Source: Piedraia hortae CBS 480.64 | Lineage: Eukaryota | Direction: 5' to 3' | Assembly: GCA_010093745.1 (NCBI GenBank) | Contig: MU005959.1 | Coordinates: 62,001 to 113,104, forward strand | DNA: 51,104 nt | Shown: positions 1 through 11,194 of the stretch, one piece after another | Layout of the letters: each line of letters begins with the position of its first letter | Numbering within the stretch: position 1 is the first letter of the stretch | Program-made: the position numbers and the translations under genes | The notes under the pieces: model-generated | The model's input: the letters and a program-made list of their open reading frames with translations, nothing else | Databases searched by the model: none | Told to the model about the DNA's origin: nothing

Positions 1-616
1 TTTTGCCCAGCCCTAAGCTGAGCCAACGTGCGAAGTTCATGATTATGGACTTGCAGGATTTGTACAAGTCAGGGTGGAAGGGCACAGCTGACAAGGGTCC
101 CAAGACGATTAGCGAAATCCGTACCGAAGCTGCGACGGCCCAAGCCAAGGCGGAGGCAGAGAAGGCGCGGACGGGCCAGCGTGGTGGGGGTGGTGGACGG
201 ATGGGTGGTCGTGGTGATGCTCGTCACATCTCCGGCGTGGGACCACCAGTTGATTATCATAGAACTAACGTTGCTGCCGACGATCTCAGGCGGCTTCAAC
301 GCGGCACATCTAACCGCACAACAGGCAGCGGGCTTGGTCCAGGTGGAAGTCTAGGCCCCGGTGGCGGATTGATGAGCACGCGCACAGGCAGCCGTCGTGG
401 ACTCGGCATGTCTGGAGCAAACTCGAGCCGAACAGGCACACCACCTGTCAACGAGAAGAAAGAAGAGCCTGCTCAACAAAATGCATTCAGGTAAGACAGA
501 TCTCTCTCCAGGAAGATTTGTTGCTAACATGTTGAAGTGCTCTCGCAAGTCTTTCCGGAGACGGGGAAGATATGGAGGCATCGGAACCGGCCAAGTCTCC
601 ACCAGCAGACTCCTAA
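1..616 (+). CDS. TIF4631: Translation initiation factor eIF4G, 3' part (partial; exons <1-490 and 538-616)
   Basis: MIF4G C-terminal helix LSQRAKFMIMDLQDL..GW and the conserved KGPKTISEIR motif, followed by an RG/GS-rich tail. Intron 491-537 (GTAAGA...GCTAAC...AAG) joins NAFS-ALASL; stop TAA at 614-616. Confidence 0.9.
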
Positions 617-1069
617 ACGGCCTTAGATACCCATTTCCTTCTTTACTGTGTTGACACTAATGTTTCCCTTGTGTAATTGTATGGCATGGGCACTGCTTCA
701 GGAGCATGGGCTACACTTTCGGGCTTTGTTTATTATTAGGTGACAGTGCTGGCGTTGCAATCAAAAAGTTTTGGAATGTCAGATTGAACAGAGAGTTAGC
801 TGTGGCTACTTTTATTACTGTATCTTTATAGTGGTTTAGGCTTTCAATGTGATAGTGTTGCAGGTACATCGGCTGGGAAGAGCTGCGAAGTCCTTCAAGC
901 CCACCATTGAAGATGGCATTGAGGTAGGAGTCTTCGAAGATCAAGATTGAATGCAAGTTTGGCTGTATCACTGCAACGTAGTAAAGTTAGTTGAACTCTG
1001 ATAGGAATGCGGGTATATCGACTTGGGAGAGCAAGTCTGTCATTCAAAACTCGAGTTTGGTTAATTCTA

Positions 1070-1974
1070 TCAATGTACTTTCATGGCATCAATTCGTCCT
1101 GTTCCCCGACTGCTAAAGATGGCCATGATGCCGAATCCGACGTAGAACAGCGCAAGTGGATATGCCACTAGACCCCTCATATTCGTCATGCGCCCGACGA
1201 CGCAGAACATGGCAGAGCTGGAGTATGTGCACCAGGCTATAGCCAGCGTGACGAGGGCGTAGCCCGCAAGACTGTCGAGAGGAAGCACGACGCCGAGCCC
1301 GCTGGCAAAAACAAGCGGAAGCAGACAATAGCCCAGCACGGAGCTGCTGCGACCAAACGACAGGGAAGAGCCCCCGTGTACGCTCTGTACATCTTCGCCT
1401 GTTGGGGGGGACGACATCATGGAGAAGATGGAATAAAGAGATGCGGCTCCAAGGGCTGCCAGACCACACACGTAGCCGAACCACAGCTTTCCAGAGAGCA
1501 GTAGAAAGGTGCCGAACAGGGCGCAAAAAAGAAAAGGCCCTGCCAAGTCCGCATCGTCCATGATATTGTTGTCAATTCGCGCCAATGGATTGAGCACAGC
1601 CAATGTCTATTTTCCTCTCCTTAGCCCTTTGGGAGGACGCTCAGTTTGACCTTTGAACAGCTTACCTTTGTCTGAATATGTCTGAAATTAACTCCCAACT
1701 CCTCCAGTAGAGGGGGTTCCCCTTCGTAGCCCTCGGTTCCAAACGCTGCAAGCCAACCCGTCCTCAGTCCACCTCCGGTATTGCTCCCCATCTGCCCACT
1801 AACGCCTCCAAAGCCATAGTTGTCCCCGTACACTCCCGAGCCCGCGCTCGCGCCAAACGATTGCGGCTGTGGGCTTGGGCCATTGATCCCGGACGCAGAC
1901 GGATATGTGGACTGGTAGAAGTTTAGATTATTGACAGCGTATGGCGGGGATGCAGCGTAAGGGTATTGCGACAT
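1070..1974 (-). CDS. YIP1: Yip1 domain Golgi/ER membrane protein (exons 1974-1666, 1606-1070)
   Basis: GWLAAFGTEGYEGEPPLLEELGVNFRHIQTK joined via intron 1665-1607 (GTAAGC...GCTAAG...ATAG) to TLAVLNP...DDADLAGP...SVLGYCLLPLV...LVAYPLALFY. Confidence 0.95.
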
Positions 1975-2119
1975 TGTTTTTTTCCTTCCAGAAACTGCTT
2001 TCCACTGCGCAAGTTGGGGGGTGACGTGCGGAGAAGTCAATGTCGTGTAAAATACCGTAAAGTCACCGTCACACACTCTCGCGGAGAACCGAACAAGTCA
2101 CTGCGAAATAGTCCAGGCA

Positions 2120-2728
2120 ATGGGTTGGTGGTGGTCCTTTTCTTCTGATGATAAATCCAGCAACAGCTCCGTCGCTTCTTTGACAGATGGGCAAAAGGAG
2201 CGCATCTTTGGCGTCTGTCCACAACCACAACCGCAACCGCAAGGCGCAAACCCCAACCCCAACCCCGACGAAGAATGGACCGCCCTAATCAAATCTTTCG
2301 AAGCACCCTCCTCCACTCCAGAACCCAGCACCCAAACACCAAACCCCCATCCCCCCGAAGATAAACCCCAACCCCACGACCGCTACCTCCCAGACGGCAG
2401 TCTGAACATCCACCCGGACAGCCTCTACCCAGTAGCCATGTCCTGCCGGCAGGCATTCGACCAAGTCTTCTACTGCCAGTCTCTAGGTGGAAAGTTCAAC
2501 GACGTCTACCGCTTCGGCAGCGTGCAGGACTGCTCTGATCAGTGGGCTGCATTTTGGTTCTGCATGCGGAACCGCACAATACCCGCAAAAGATAAGCAAT
2601 GCATGGTTCGGAATTTTTACAAAGAGAGGGACGAGCGGAGGAAGAGGGAAAAAGGGAGTAGTGAGGATATCTGGCCCTTGAGGACGAAAGCCCTTGAGAG
2701 GGCGTTTGATAAAGACCCGGGGTTTTGA
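2120..2728 (+). CDS. EMI1: Emi1-like twin-Cys protein (early meiotic induction protein 1 family)
   Basis: MSCRQAFDQVFYCQSLGGKFNDVYRFG..DCSDQWAAFWFCMR and C-terminal SSEDIW.LR motif; intronless 202-aa ORF divergent from YIP1. Confidence 0.85.
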   Translation: MGWWWSFSSDDKSSNSSVASLTDGQKERIFGVCPQPQPQPQGANPNPNPDEEWTALIKSFEAPSSTPEPSTQTPNPHPPEDKPQPHDRYLPDGSLNIHPDSLYPVAMSCRQAFDQVFYCQSLGGKFNDVYRFGSVQDCSDQWAAFWFCMRNRTIPAKDKQCMVRNFYKERDERRKREKGSSEDIWPLRTKALERAFDKDPGF

Positions 2729-3007
2729 GCTGGCATTACATATGGAAGGGGGTGATTACTTTGTTGTCTGATCAACTACGAAAGAGGCAGAGGGTTGATA
2801 GCCGTATAACTACTGTACGAACTACAAAGAGACACGACTGCTTTTGATCGTGTACATCCGTAATATTGTATGTATAACTTACCTTCATGCTACTCTACAA
2901 ACAGAATACATATGAGAGGCCGCATTGAGGGGGCGAACGTTTGTGTTGTGTTTTTTCGTCTACGGTATGAATATAATAAATATTCCGCCCAATGAAAGTA
3001 TGCAACA

Positions 3008-3126
3008 GCGAGCGTGGTGCAGTTGGTTACCACATCTGTCTAACAGAACGTGGCTCTGGGATTTCAACTCAGAGCATACACCTGTCAGTGCACAGAAGAT
3101 CCCCGGTTCGAGCCCGGGCGTTCGTA
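3008..3126 (+). tRNA. tRNA-Val(AAC) with 45-nt intron (3046-3090)
   Basis: Acceptor GCGAGCG/CGTTCGT, D arm TGGTGCAGTTGGTTACCAC, anticodon stem TCTGT/ACAGA with loop CT-AAC-A[intron]C, T arm CCCGGTTCGAGCCCGGG; AT-rich upstream box and a T run downstream. Confidence 0.93.
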
Positions 3127-3127
3127 G

Positions 3128-3137
3128 TTTTTTTTTT
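3128..3137 (+). terminator. RNA polymerase III terminator (T10) of tRNA-Val
   Basis: Ten consecutive T immediately downstream of the tRNA discriminator base. Confidence 0.85.
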
Positions 3138-3267
3138 CTGTCAAAATTCCTCGTTCGCCATCATAGACTTCGAAAATATCAAATCAGGAAAATCTTGGCG
3201 GTTTTATTTTTTTGTCTATAATAGCTACTATTAACGCGGCATGTGAATGTAAGAAATCCTGTATGGC

Positions 3268-3771
3268 CTAAATTGGTTGTGGCGTATCATCATGGCTCGT
3301 CTCCAGGCACGATCTGGATTCCAGGCTGGCGGTGGAGGCGATGGCCAGAATTCCGGTTGGTGGGGGGGTTTCTTCCCAGATCTTCTCTCCATAGTAAGGT
3401 CGCTCACATTCGTGTGGTGGCTTTTCGTCGCATGGTGGGCGTTCTTCCCAACTATCTTCATTATATGGTGGCTGTTCTCCCTCTGATTGTTGTCCTTCGT
3501 TTGATGTCCCCCCAGTATTCCCACGCATTTGGAAGATCATTTGCATGAGGAGTGTTATGATCAGGAGAACGAGGAGAGGGACGAAGGAGAGGCTTGCTGT
3601 TGCTGGTCCTGCTGCTGCTGCTGATGAGGAGGAGGAGGAGGAGGAGGAGGAGGAGGATGACAACGATGACGACGGCGACGACGAAGGGGGCGACAACGGT
3701 GTGGATTCGTAGTCGGAATACCAGTCTGAGTCATAGTCATTAGGAAGTCTGGCTCGTGGTGGGTATGGCAT
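3268..3771 (-). CDS. Hypothetical low-complexity protein (poly-Ser, one hydrophobic segment, acidic/Pro repeats)
   Basis: 167-aa ATG ORF with an in-frame (TCC)n run, segment LSFVPLLVLLIITLLM and repeated E.PPY/E.PPC units; no family recognised. Confidence 0.35.
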   Translation of the reverse strand: MPYPPRARLPNDYDSDWYSDYESTPLSPPSSSPSSSLSSSSSSSSSSSSSAAAAGPATASLSFVPLLVLLIITLLMQMIFQMRGNTGGTSNEGQQSEGEQPPYNEDSWEERPPCDEKPPHECERPYYGEKIWEETPPPTGILAIASTASLESRSCLETSHDDTPQPI

Positions 3772-4791
3772 TATGTCGAGGGAGAGGGGGGAGAATGGGG
3801 CCTTTTAATGGGGTAGGTGCTGGGGCAGTGACTGGTTTTTGTGGAAGTTACCTTGAGGGGTCGGATTGATAGTTGAAGACTGGGTTGCTTAGTGGGTACG
3901 AGATAGGGATTCAGGGGTTGTGAATGTGGAACGTGATGCTTTGGCTTTTTGCGGTATAGTGTACTACTGTGTTACGATGGGTAAGGTGACTGGATAGCTG
4001 AGATGTAATTGATCAGGTCGAGTTGATATCATGGTTTGTGCGTTGGTTCTCTGATACTAGATCGTGGAACTGGTTTGGTTTATAACTGTCAGATACCCAC
4101 TGGTCGATAGATTACCGAGCGATATGGAATTTTAATTGGTGATGTGCTGTGTCGTTCGTTCACAGGCTAGTTCCAAGGGAGTTTTTGTAGATTCAGTGCT
4201 TACTGGCAAACCTGAAGAGGCTGGTAGTGTTTGAATAGAGAAGGGGCCGTATCGAGCGAGCCAAGACAAAGGTATAAATGCTAGGAAGTTGTTTTGTAAC
4301 TGATGATCAAGAAACTAGGTATCTTCGCTAGTGAGACTTTACATATCCACTGGCCCGACGACAGACCTTTTCAACATCAAATGAGACCAGCACAAGGATG
4401 AGCGTAAGGGTAAAGAGTGAAGTGCAGCAGGATGTTCACTTGGAACCTAAGCACCTGTGCCGACGACCACCAAGAGATTGACGGCAGCTGATCTATAACT
4501 TTCAAACCCCTTCACAATTATCTCCTCACTTTTGCACATACACTAGCATTGTCCCAATGTCCACCAATCGCTGTGCATCATCTCGCTTTGCAATGGGATG
4601 ACAAGAAGAAAATTGAGCAGATGAATTTGTAATTCTACAAAATATCTGGTTTACGGAATTTGCTCAACAGCACAGTGATAGGAGCTCAACTTAACTGTTC
4701 TCCTATCAAAGATGTGTAACTTTTACAGGAAGTGATTCTGTCGGAAGGATGTGGCACCCACCATGACCAGAACTTTAGCTAGAAGTCGAAA

Positions 4792-4836
4792 CTTCTCAGG
4801 GTTTTTACCTCTATAGAGGAAGTTTTCCCTGAGAGG
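4792..4836 (+). repeat. ENE-like stem / U-rich internal loop / stem in a degenerate dispersed repeat (homologous to 49243-49324)
   Basis: CTTCTCAGGG-TTTTT-A-CCTCTATAGAGG-AAG-TTTT-CCCTGAGAGG; flanks TTAG.TAGA.GTCGA.AC and CGTTCATG are shared with the copy near 49.26 kb. Confidence 0.7.
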
Positions 4837-5481
4837 GGTCGTTGTATCGTTCATGCTTAAGGGCATGGTTCGCTGACGTTGTCCTAGCGAATGCAGTTAG
4901 ACTGAGGTAGTGTGGAGAAGGTTTCGAAACTCATCTCACATAGAGATAGACATCTACATTCACTTTTTGGTCAGAGTTGAGTGCACACATTTGTCTTTGA
5001 CCTACTTCCCGCTTATTTCTCGAAGGTTCACCCCTCCGACAGGTCCCCTCTAAAGAGAACGTCAGATATATTTATGCGGAATCTTATCATTTCGAAACAA
5101 AAATCTCTGAATATGAAAGCTTTCCGAGATGGAATATTGACAATCGCCTATGTGGAAAAATTGTGCCTTCCCTCTTAGGGAGTTCAACAAAGATATAGTT
5201 GGATGGTGTCAGAAGTCTGCCGCTTGCAGAAGGATTGTTGAGACCGAATCCGTCTCCGAATAAGGAGATGATGATATGAAAGGATTTGAGGACAAAGTCC
5301 TCTCATTTATTCAGTCAGGAGGGTTTCCTCCCAGAACATCATTCATCCAGAGATGTTCACTTTGCTCTCTGCTGAGTTATGAGTTCTCTCCTCCCCCTCT
5401 GACAGATGGTGTCTGACGGGAGGAGACCAGTCACTGATCCAAGCTAACCGGAGACATGCAAAAAACAAGGGCCATTAGAAT

Positions 5482-5600
5482 ACGTACAGCAGCGGGGATT
5501 CCCGCGTGGTCACCCACCGTAGTACTAATCCGCCGGTTTGAAGATTAAGTTCAGGAGAGCGGACGGGATCCTCTGTTCTCTGCAACCTATGGCCGTACGT
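5482..5600 (-). rRNA. Dispersed 5S rRNA gene
   Basis: Reverse complement reads ACGTACGGCCATAGG...ATCCCGTCCGCTC...TTAGTACTACGGTGGGTGACCACGCGGGAATCCCCGCTGCTGTACGT (119 nt, complementary ends); a T6 terminator follows at about 5465-5460. Confidence 0.93.
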
Positions 5601-6299
5601 GATAGGTCAGTGGGGTGGGTGGTATATGTACTTGATGTACGGATTCATCTGTCTGACATAGCTACGGCTTGGTTTAGCGACTTTATGCGGCTTGATCCAG
5701 TCACAAACACGCAGCTGAGTCGGTCAGACTGGTGGGAATCATTTACCAAAAGCCAATACGACCCCGGTATATACCCAACAGCAACTCAATATGGATTCTT
5801 TTTGAAAGTTGACAGACTTGCACCCCTGCTAGCGCCCGTGAGACAGTAGGTGGGAGAAAGGCAAAACTAGATGGGTGGTCGTCATCTCCGCAGAAAGGGC
5901 AATGGTCAAAACAATCAGTTTAATTCTCCAGAGGCTCCATAGTTTGATAATGTGCTGGAGTATTCTCAACCGACTGGGTGCTCACAACGGCTTACAGCGC
6001 ATGTTAACAAGGTCCAGTTTTGGCAGGATGTCATGGTGATGGGAGGTAAGAGGTCAGCGGCAGGTGATGTTGCTCCGAGGGCATCTATCGAGCGGGTTTC
6101 ACTTGTCAAGACATCATCCACAATGCACGAGGCTGGACACACCAGACCATCGCTGAGGTTGCCTCAGCCTTGTCGTTGATATACTGCAGCCTCGTCTGAT
6201 TGTGACACCATGCATCATGCACTTAGCCACGACTACGTTACGCTTCAGATTGGCTGGGTCTGATTGCATCCTCTAACCATCACATACCAACCCAAAACG

Positions 6300-8158
6300 G
6301 GCTTGATGTTGATCGGCAAGATCGAACTAGCGTTAAAACAATCAGAGCTCTCAAGCACAGATTGACTTCGCAACACATTCAGATGATGGCTTTTGGCGGT
6401 GCAGTCGGGACTGGACTATTTTGGAGTACCGGCCAAGCATTAGCTGCTACTGGCCCTGCTGGGGCTTTGATAGCATATGTATTTGTCGGCTCGTTGGCTT
6501 GCAGCATAATCGTTGCGCTGGGCAAGATGGTGGCTTACATGCCCATCCCCAGCACACCGACAATTTATGTAACCGAATGCATTGGTCCGTCTTTTGGCTT
6601 CGTAATAGGCTGGATCTATTATCTCTCATGGTTCGGGACTTTTTGTGTCGAATCAGCCACGGTGAGCATGGTACTCAGCTTCTGGTACCAAGATACCCAA
6701 AGGGACTGGGGAATGATAGAGTTACCTCTTTTCCTGATGGTAATCATCTGCCTCGTCTGCGCTCCCTCAGTGTCTGTTTTGGGACCATTGGAGATCGGGT
6801 TTACTGGTCTCACGGAGATGTTGGAAGATAGTTGTTGCATAGCGTGACCGTTCTGAAGATTGAGTTGTACAAATTATTTCATCTGCTGTTCAGCAACGAG
6901 CTTATATACAAGTAGCTTCTTTGTTCAATCACTTTTACATATTACTCCATTGCCCCATTGTTCTCTTTATCATGCTCTTTGAGTATTTTGCTATACAGGA
7001 TTCTCCTTTGTATAGTCTCTGTTATCAGGCCGAGGTATGGCACCGATACTTCTCAACAGGATATAGCCATTTCTGGTCTATTCGTCTTTACAATTTGCAT
7101 CGCGGCTGGTACGGGACTCCATGGAAGAGCAGGTTTCCGTACTTGGGTAAACCGCGGTGGCTTTGCACCGTACACAAAAGGTGAAGGCATCCTTGCCTTG
7201 GAAAAACTCTTTGGTTTTTCTGCTGCTCCAGGAATTGCTGCATTTTCTTTCCAGGGAAGTAACATGGTGGCAATCGCGATGGGCGAAGCTAATGACCATC
7301 CTCGGGAACTAATTCATTCAACAACCAAAAAGATCTTTCGAATACTGGTTATCTTTGTGGGCACCGTGTTCTGTCCGAGGCTTCTGGTTCCCTACGGCAA
7401 TCAGAAACTCCAAAGAGGCCGAATCTCGGTCTTCGTCGCCGTCAAAGAGTCGGGCGTTCCCGTGCTGCCTCATATCAAAACGCTCTTATGCTCTGTGTTA
7501 CAATTTTAGCTGTGAATTCCAGCCTTTACAGTGCATCAAGGGTACTGTTCGGTCTTTCTAACGACGGATTTGCATGGAAATGCCTCAAACCAGTTTCGAG
7601 GTACAGCATCCCATACGCAGCGGGAATATCGACTGTAGTCGCTAGTATGTTGCCACTGATGCTCCTCGAATTCTTCAGTTGTAAAGGCATGTTTCCGGTA
7701 GTTTTGCAAAACATCACCACCATGGCGAACGCTCATATGTTGGTAAGCGTGTAACATCCCTAACACCGACCTTACTAACTTGATAAGGGTATATGTCTGG
7801 GTGTGTCTTATCTCGCATTCGGCCGGCTTCCCAAGTTTGCGAAGCTGAGCCACGTTGCTCATACACAGCTCCGCTACAGCCCTGGCTAATGTATTATGGC
7901 ATCTGTTTCAGCTCCATCATCGTCATCGTTGCACCGATACCCACGTTGAGGCGTTTTAATACCGCAAAGTTCTTCGTTGGGTATGGCAGCTTCGTCGCCT
8001 CTGTGCTGCTGTGTGTCGGGCGCTGGGTGGTCTCCAAGTACATTGCGCCGATCTGGAAGAAACATGAAGATTTTATTCGAGTCGCTATGTGGAAATCCTT
8101 TGCAAGGGCGCAGTGCGAGATGACGACGGTATGTGGATCAATCTGCCCAGGTGTCTGA
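6300..8158 (+). pseudogene. APC/YAT-family amino-acid permease pseudogene
   Basis: RLTSQHIQMMAFGGAVGTGLF, GPAGALIAY, AAFSFQG, VLPHI, NSSLYSASRVLFGL and YTAPLQPW motifs spread over several frames; interrupted by a solo LTR (6819-7058) and a frameshift near 7480; intron at about 7742-7787. 5' boundary approximate. Confidence 0.88.
6819..7058. mobile_element. Solo LTR (family X, copy 1) inserted in the permease gene
   Basis: TGTTG...CAACA termini, 5-bp flanks GGAGA/GGATA (one mismatch), end-to-end homology with 28924-29168. Confidence 0.88.
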
Positions 8159-8772
8159 GGTAAATCATTGTCTCCTATAGACTACGGACAGGAAGGGAGT
8201 ATACAGCGAAGAAGTGGCGGAGCACAGTGATCGCATTGGGTAAACACGGGGTGCAGACCCATAGGATACACCAGAGGTTATTAAACATCGGCGAATTTAA
8301 AACACTAAAGCGCAAATATTCTTCTCAGTAATTCGCATGAAGCGCGGTCGAAGAGTAAAACTCAGTGGTTGCATTTATTTTTGGTAGATTCGAAGTTGCA
8401 GGACATGGAAACCACACATACAACCATCGAAAAAGGACGCGCCATCTATCACGGAGCGTTCGACTTAGCTCCCCCATCCGATTGCTTACTGACACGTCTG
8501 TCTACCTTAACAAAACCCGGTGGCCACGTGCGCTACATGCGCACTCCACCAGCAGAACTTTTGCTGCTGAAGGCCAAGAATGTGAGTGCACAGGCACATT
8601 TAACACCTCTGTGCATCTCACTGCGTAATGCCAAGCCAAGCGATTCGGAACGTGCCCGAGCCGCACGCAGATCTAGCTTCATCCAACATCTATCACTTGC
8701 ACAGTAGTACTTTCATCAATGATGCTCGCATATTACCCCTTTCATCTTACACTTGTCTGCAGTATAGACATT

Positions 8773-10212
8773 TTACAGAAACTCTAATCCGACACCGAAG
8801 CTGAGCCCCTTCCTGCCTTCCTCTCCAGCCCTTACTATTAGCGGCAAACTAAAGTTAACCTCTACACGGGCAGCGGGGTGTGCATAGACCAAGCCGATGC
8901 CTGCCGCTGTGCTAGGCATTTCCACCGGTCCTCTGAGCATGTTCGCATCAGCAACCAACCGACCGCCGTTGATAAAGGCCTGTAGGCGCAAAGGAGTGTC
9001 CTTGCCAACACGTGGGACTGGAACAAGGAGGGAGGCACCGCCAGCAACGTATGCCTCGCCCCCAACGGCATCACGGCCGTCGCGAGGTCCTAATCCAGCA
9101 AGGCGGAAGCCTCGTACATTTGTTGGTCCGCCTAGTAGGAAGCGGTCGCTGATGCGGCTTGGCTCGTTGTTAAGTGGGCGGAGAAAGCCGCCGCGGAGCC
9201 CTGCTGTTAGAGAGATGCCGCTGTCGCCGCTCTGCCCAGGAATTGGCACCGGAACAGCGGCCTGACTCTCGACTTCAAATTTGCCAAAGGCTACGTCGCC
9301 CTTTAGAGGACCCCATCCCGCAAGCTCTATTGCCGTTTTGATCAGGTAGCCGCGGCTGGGAAGCATGGGTACATCACGCGTATCCCGCGTCCAGATGTGG
9401 CCGAGACTCGACTTGAAGGAATCACCTGCTTCGGCTCTTATCGTCGGGCTCGCGTTCTCTGCTAGTCCGGTAATCTGACGCCATAATCCCCGATAGATGA
9501 ACTCGTGATGACTCCAGGGTGATGTACGCCAAAGGAAGCGACCGTTACCGCCTTTGACAACCTCCTCGTGTGATGCAAAGTGCTTTAGCGTGCTACTGGC
9601 CAATCCGCCGACCTCAAGTCGTAGGTCAGGGTTGGAGAAGAGGGGCGTACCAAAGGTAGCACTGTAGGCGCTGCGGGTGCGCGTGCCCAGACTAGCATGA
9701 GCAGAGACGCTCTCGGCTCCCCCAAAGACGTTGCGCAGCTGTGCATCGACATATGCGCTGCCCTCGGCTGTGCCGGCCTCGGTGCCCGTGCGGATGGTAT
9801 AGCGTCCACGCTCACGCGCATTGATGAGTACGCTATAGTCATTGGGGTTTGTAGCCGGGTCTGAGGGTTCGGCCACATCAATGTATGTAGAGATTGGTTG
9901 GTGGAAGATGTCCAGCCGCGCCAACTTGTCGACAGCCCGCGAAACCTCGCCCAACGCCTCCTTCAGGGTAAAGGAGGGGGCATCGGAAGAGACTAGATTC
10001 CGGAAGATAGGCTGAAGGAAGTCATTGCGCGTGTTGGTGGCTCCGACAACACGAACCGAGGAGATATGGACGGGCTTTGTAGAGTTTTCGACAACAAGTT
10101 GGGTCTGACGGTTCAAAGTTTTTTGGTTGAGCTCTTGCGTGCGATGTTCTACTTCCTGCTGTCGCCGGGCACAGTGATCCGAATCATGACGGAGCTGCTC
10201 GAAGATGGCCAT
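8773..10212 (-). CDS. SAM50: Mitochondrial outer-membrane SAM complex beta-barrel Sam50/Tob55
   Basis: POTRA-like N-terminus (VRVVGATNTRNDFL), NVFGGAE, DRFLLGGPTNVRGF, beta-signal C-terminus GLSFGVGLEFL; first ATG (MAIFEQ) at 10212. Confidence 0.95.
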   Translation of the reverse strand: MAIFEQLRHDSDHCARRQQEVEHRTQELNQKTLNRQTQLVVENSTKPVHISSVRVVGATNTRNDFLQPIFRNLVSSDAPSFTLKEALGEVSRAVDKLARLDIFHQPISTYIDVAEPSDPATNPNDYSVLINARERGRYTIRTGTEAGTAEGSAYVDAQLRNVFGGAESVSAHASLGTRTRSAYSATFGTPLFSNPDLRLEVGGLASSTLKHFASHEEVVKGGNGRFLWRTSPWSHHEFIYRGLWRQITGLAENASPTIRAEAGDSFKSSLGHIWTRDTRDVPMLPSRGYLIKTAIELAGWGPLKGDVAFGKFEVESQAAVPVPIPGQSGDSGISLTAGLRGGFLRPLNNEPSRISDRFLLGGPTNVRGFRLAGLGPRDGRDAVGGEAYVAGGASLLVPVPRVGKDTPLRLQAFINGGRLVADANMLRGPVEMPSTAAGIGLVYAHPAARVEVNFSLPLIVRAGEEGRKGLSFGVGLEFL

Positions 10213-10324
10213 TATACAACTTGATGCGCGGCTGCGTTGATGGCGGTCGTACTTGATTACCAAATCACGCTAAGCTCTATTTACCGGCCAACTAGCCAGC
10301 CCTAGGGCCAAAAAAAAGAGACCA

Positions 10325-10406
10325 CGACACCGATGGGACTCGAACCCACGATCTTTGCCAGTTCCTGTTACCGGAAAGCAACGCCTTACCATTAGGCCAC
10401 GGTGCC
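10325..10406 (-). tRNA. tRNA-Arg(CCG) with 10-nt intron
   Basis: Reverse complement GGCACCG TGGCCTAATGGTAAGGCG TTGCT TT-CCG-G[TAACAGGAAC]T GGCAA AGATC GTGGGTTCGAGTCCCAT CGGTGTC G; T-run terminator downstream. Confidence 0.9.
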
Positions 10407-11194
10407 TGTATGCGACAATTGTTGTTGAGATTGAAAAGTAGATGTACGTACATTAAGAAAACTCCGAAACCCCTGTCTGAAACCACGAGATTAGCTTTGT
10501 CCAAACTTGCGACTAGCACGAGCATGGAAAAGCGACACACACAGAAGAGATCACAAGGAAGCAAACAGATGCACAAAGCAAACGATGGGTATAGTCATTA
10601 TCATGCCTCGGATGAAAATTTTGTGTGTGGAATGAGGGGGCGGAGTGCGATTGGATGGGGTTTGCAGAAGGGCTTGTTGGCCCGCGATGCCGTCCGTCCA
10701 GCCTACCCAGGCAGAGACAATTAGACCAGCCCTGACTCTATTTTTCCGCTTGACATTCTTTCCCTCCACACATCCTCCCTCCTCATCCCCTGCCCATCCA
10801 ACCGGTTGGGTTCTTTCCTATCGCATTCAGTCACGCTCTTTCCCTAAATTGGTCGCCCTATTCGCCCTGACCCGCCCAAGCAACACCCCTTGGTGGCGAC
10901 CTGTGAGCCCAACACTTTGCGGCCTGCTGCTCTGCGACTCAGCGCGAGTGGCGGTCGTGGAATTTTACTCACTTGGGTCAAGTTCTCCTCTTGGACCTTT
11001 TAACTAAGCTGTCCACTTGATTTCGTTCTCGCACTCGCACTCGCACAACCCCATTGCCACGGCGAGACGCATGCACTTTTAGCTGATCTTTTGTTCTTTC
11101 ATCGGCGCCCGTCGCATCACGAAGTACGCGAGTAGAGCGGTGCGACGGTCACAAGGCCATCACCAGGTCTGACGGTGGCCAGGCTACGACGGCC

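Noticed and set aside
4295..4330. CTGATGA-TCAA-GAAAC-TAG-GTA resembling a minimal hammerhead ribozyme core
   Set aside because: Stem II cannot form (a 4-nt TCAA linker) and no stem I pairs adjacent to the core; most likely a chance match.
8369..8707. 112-aa ORF between the permease pseudogene and SAM50
   Set aside because: No recognisable domain, non-ATG start in the track and no splice support.
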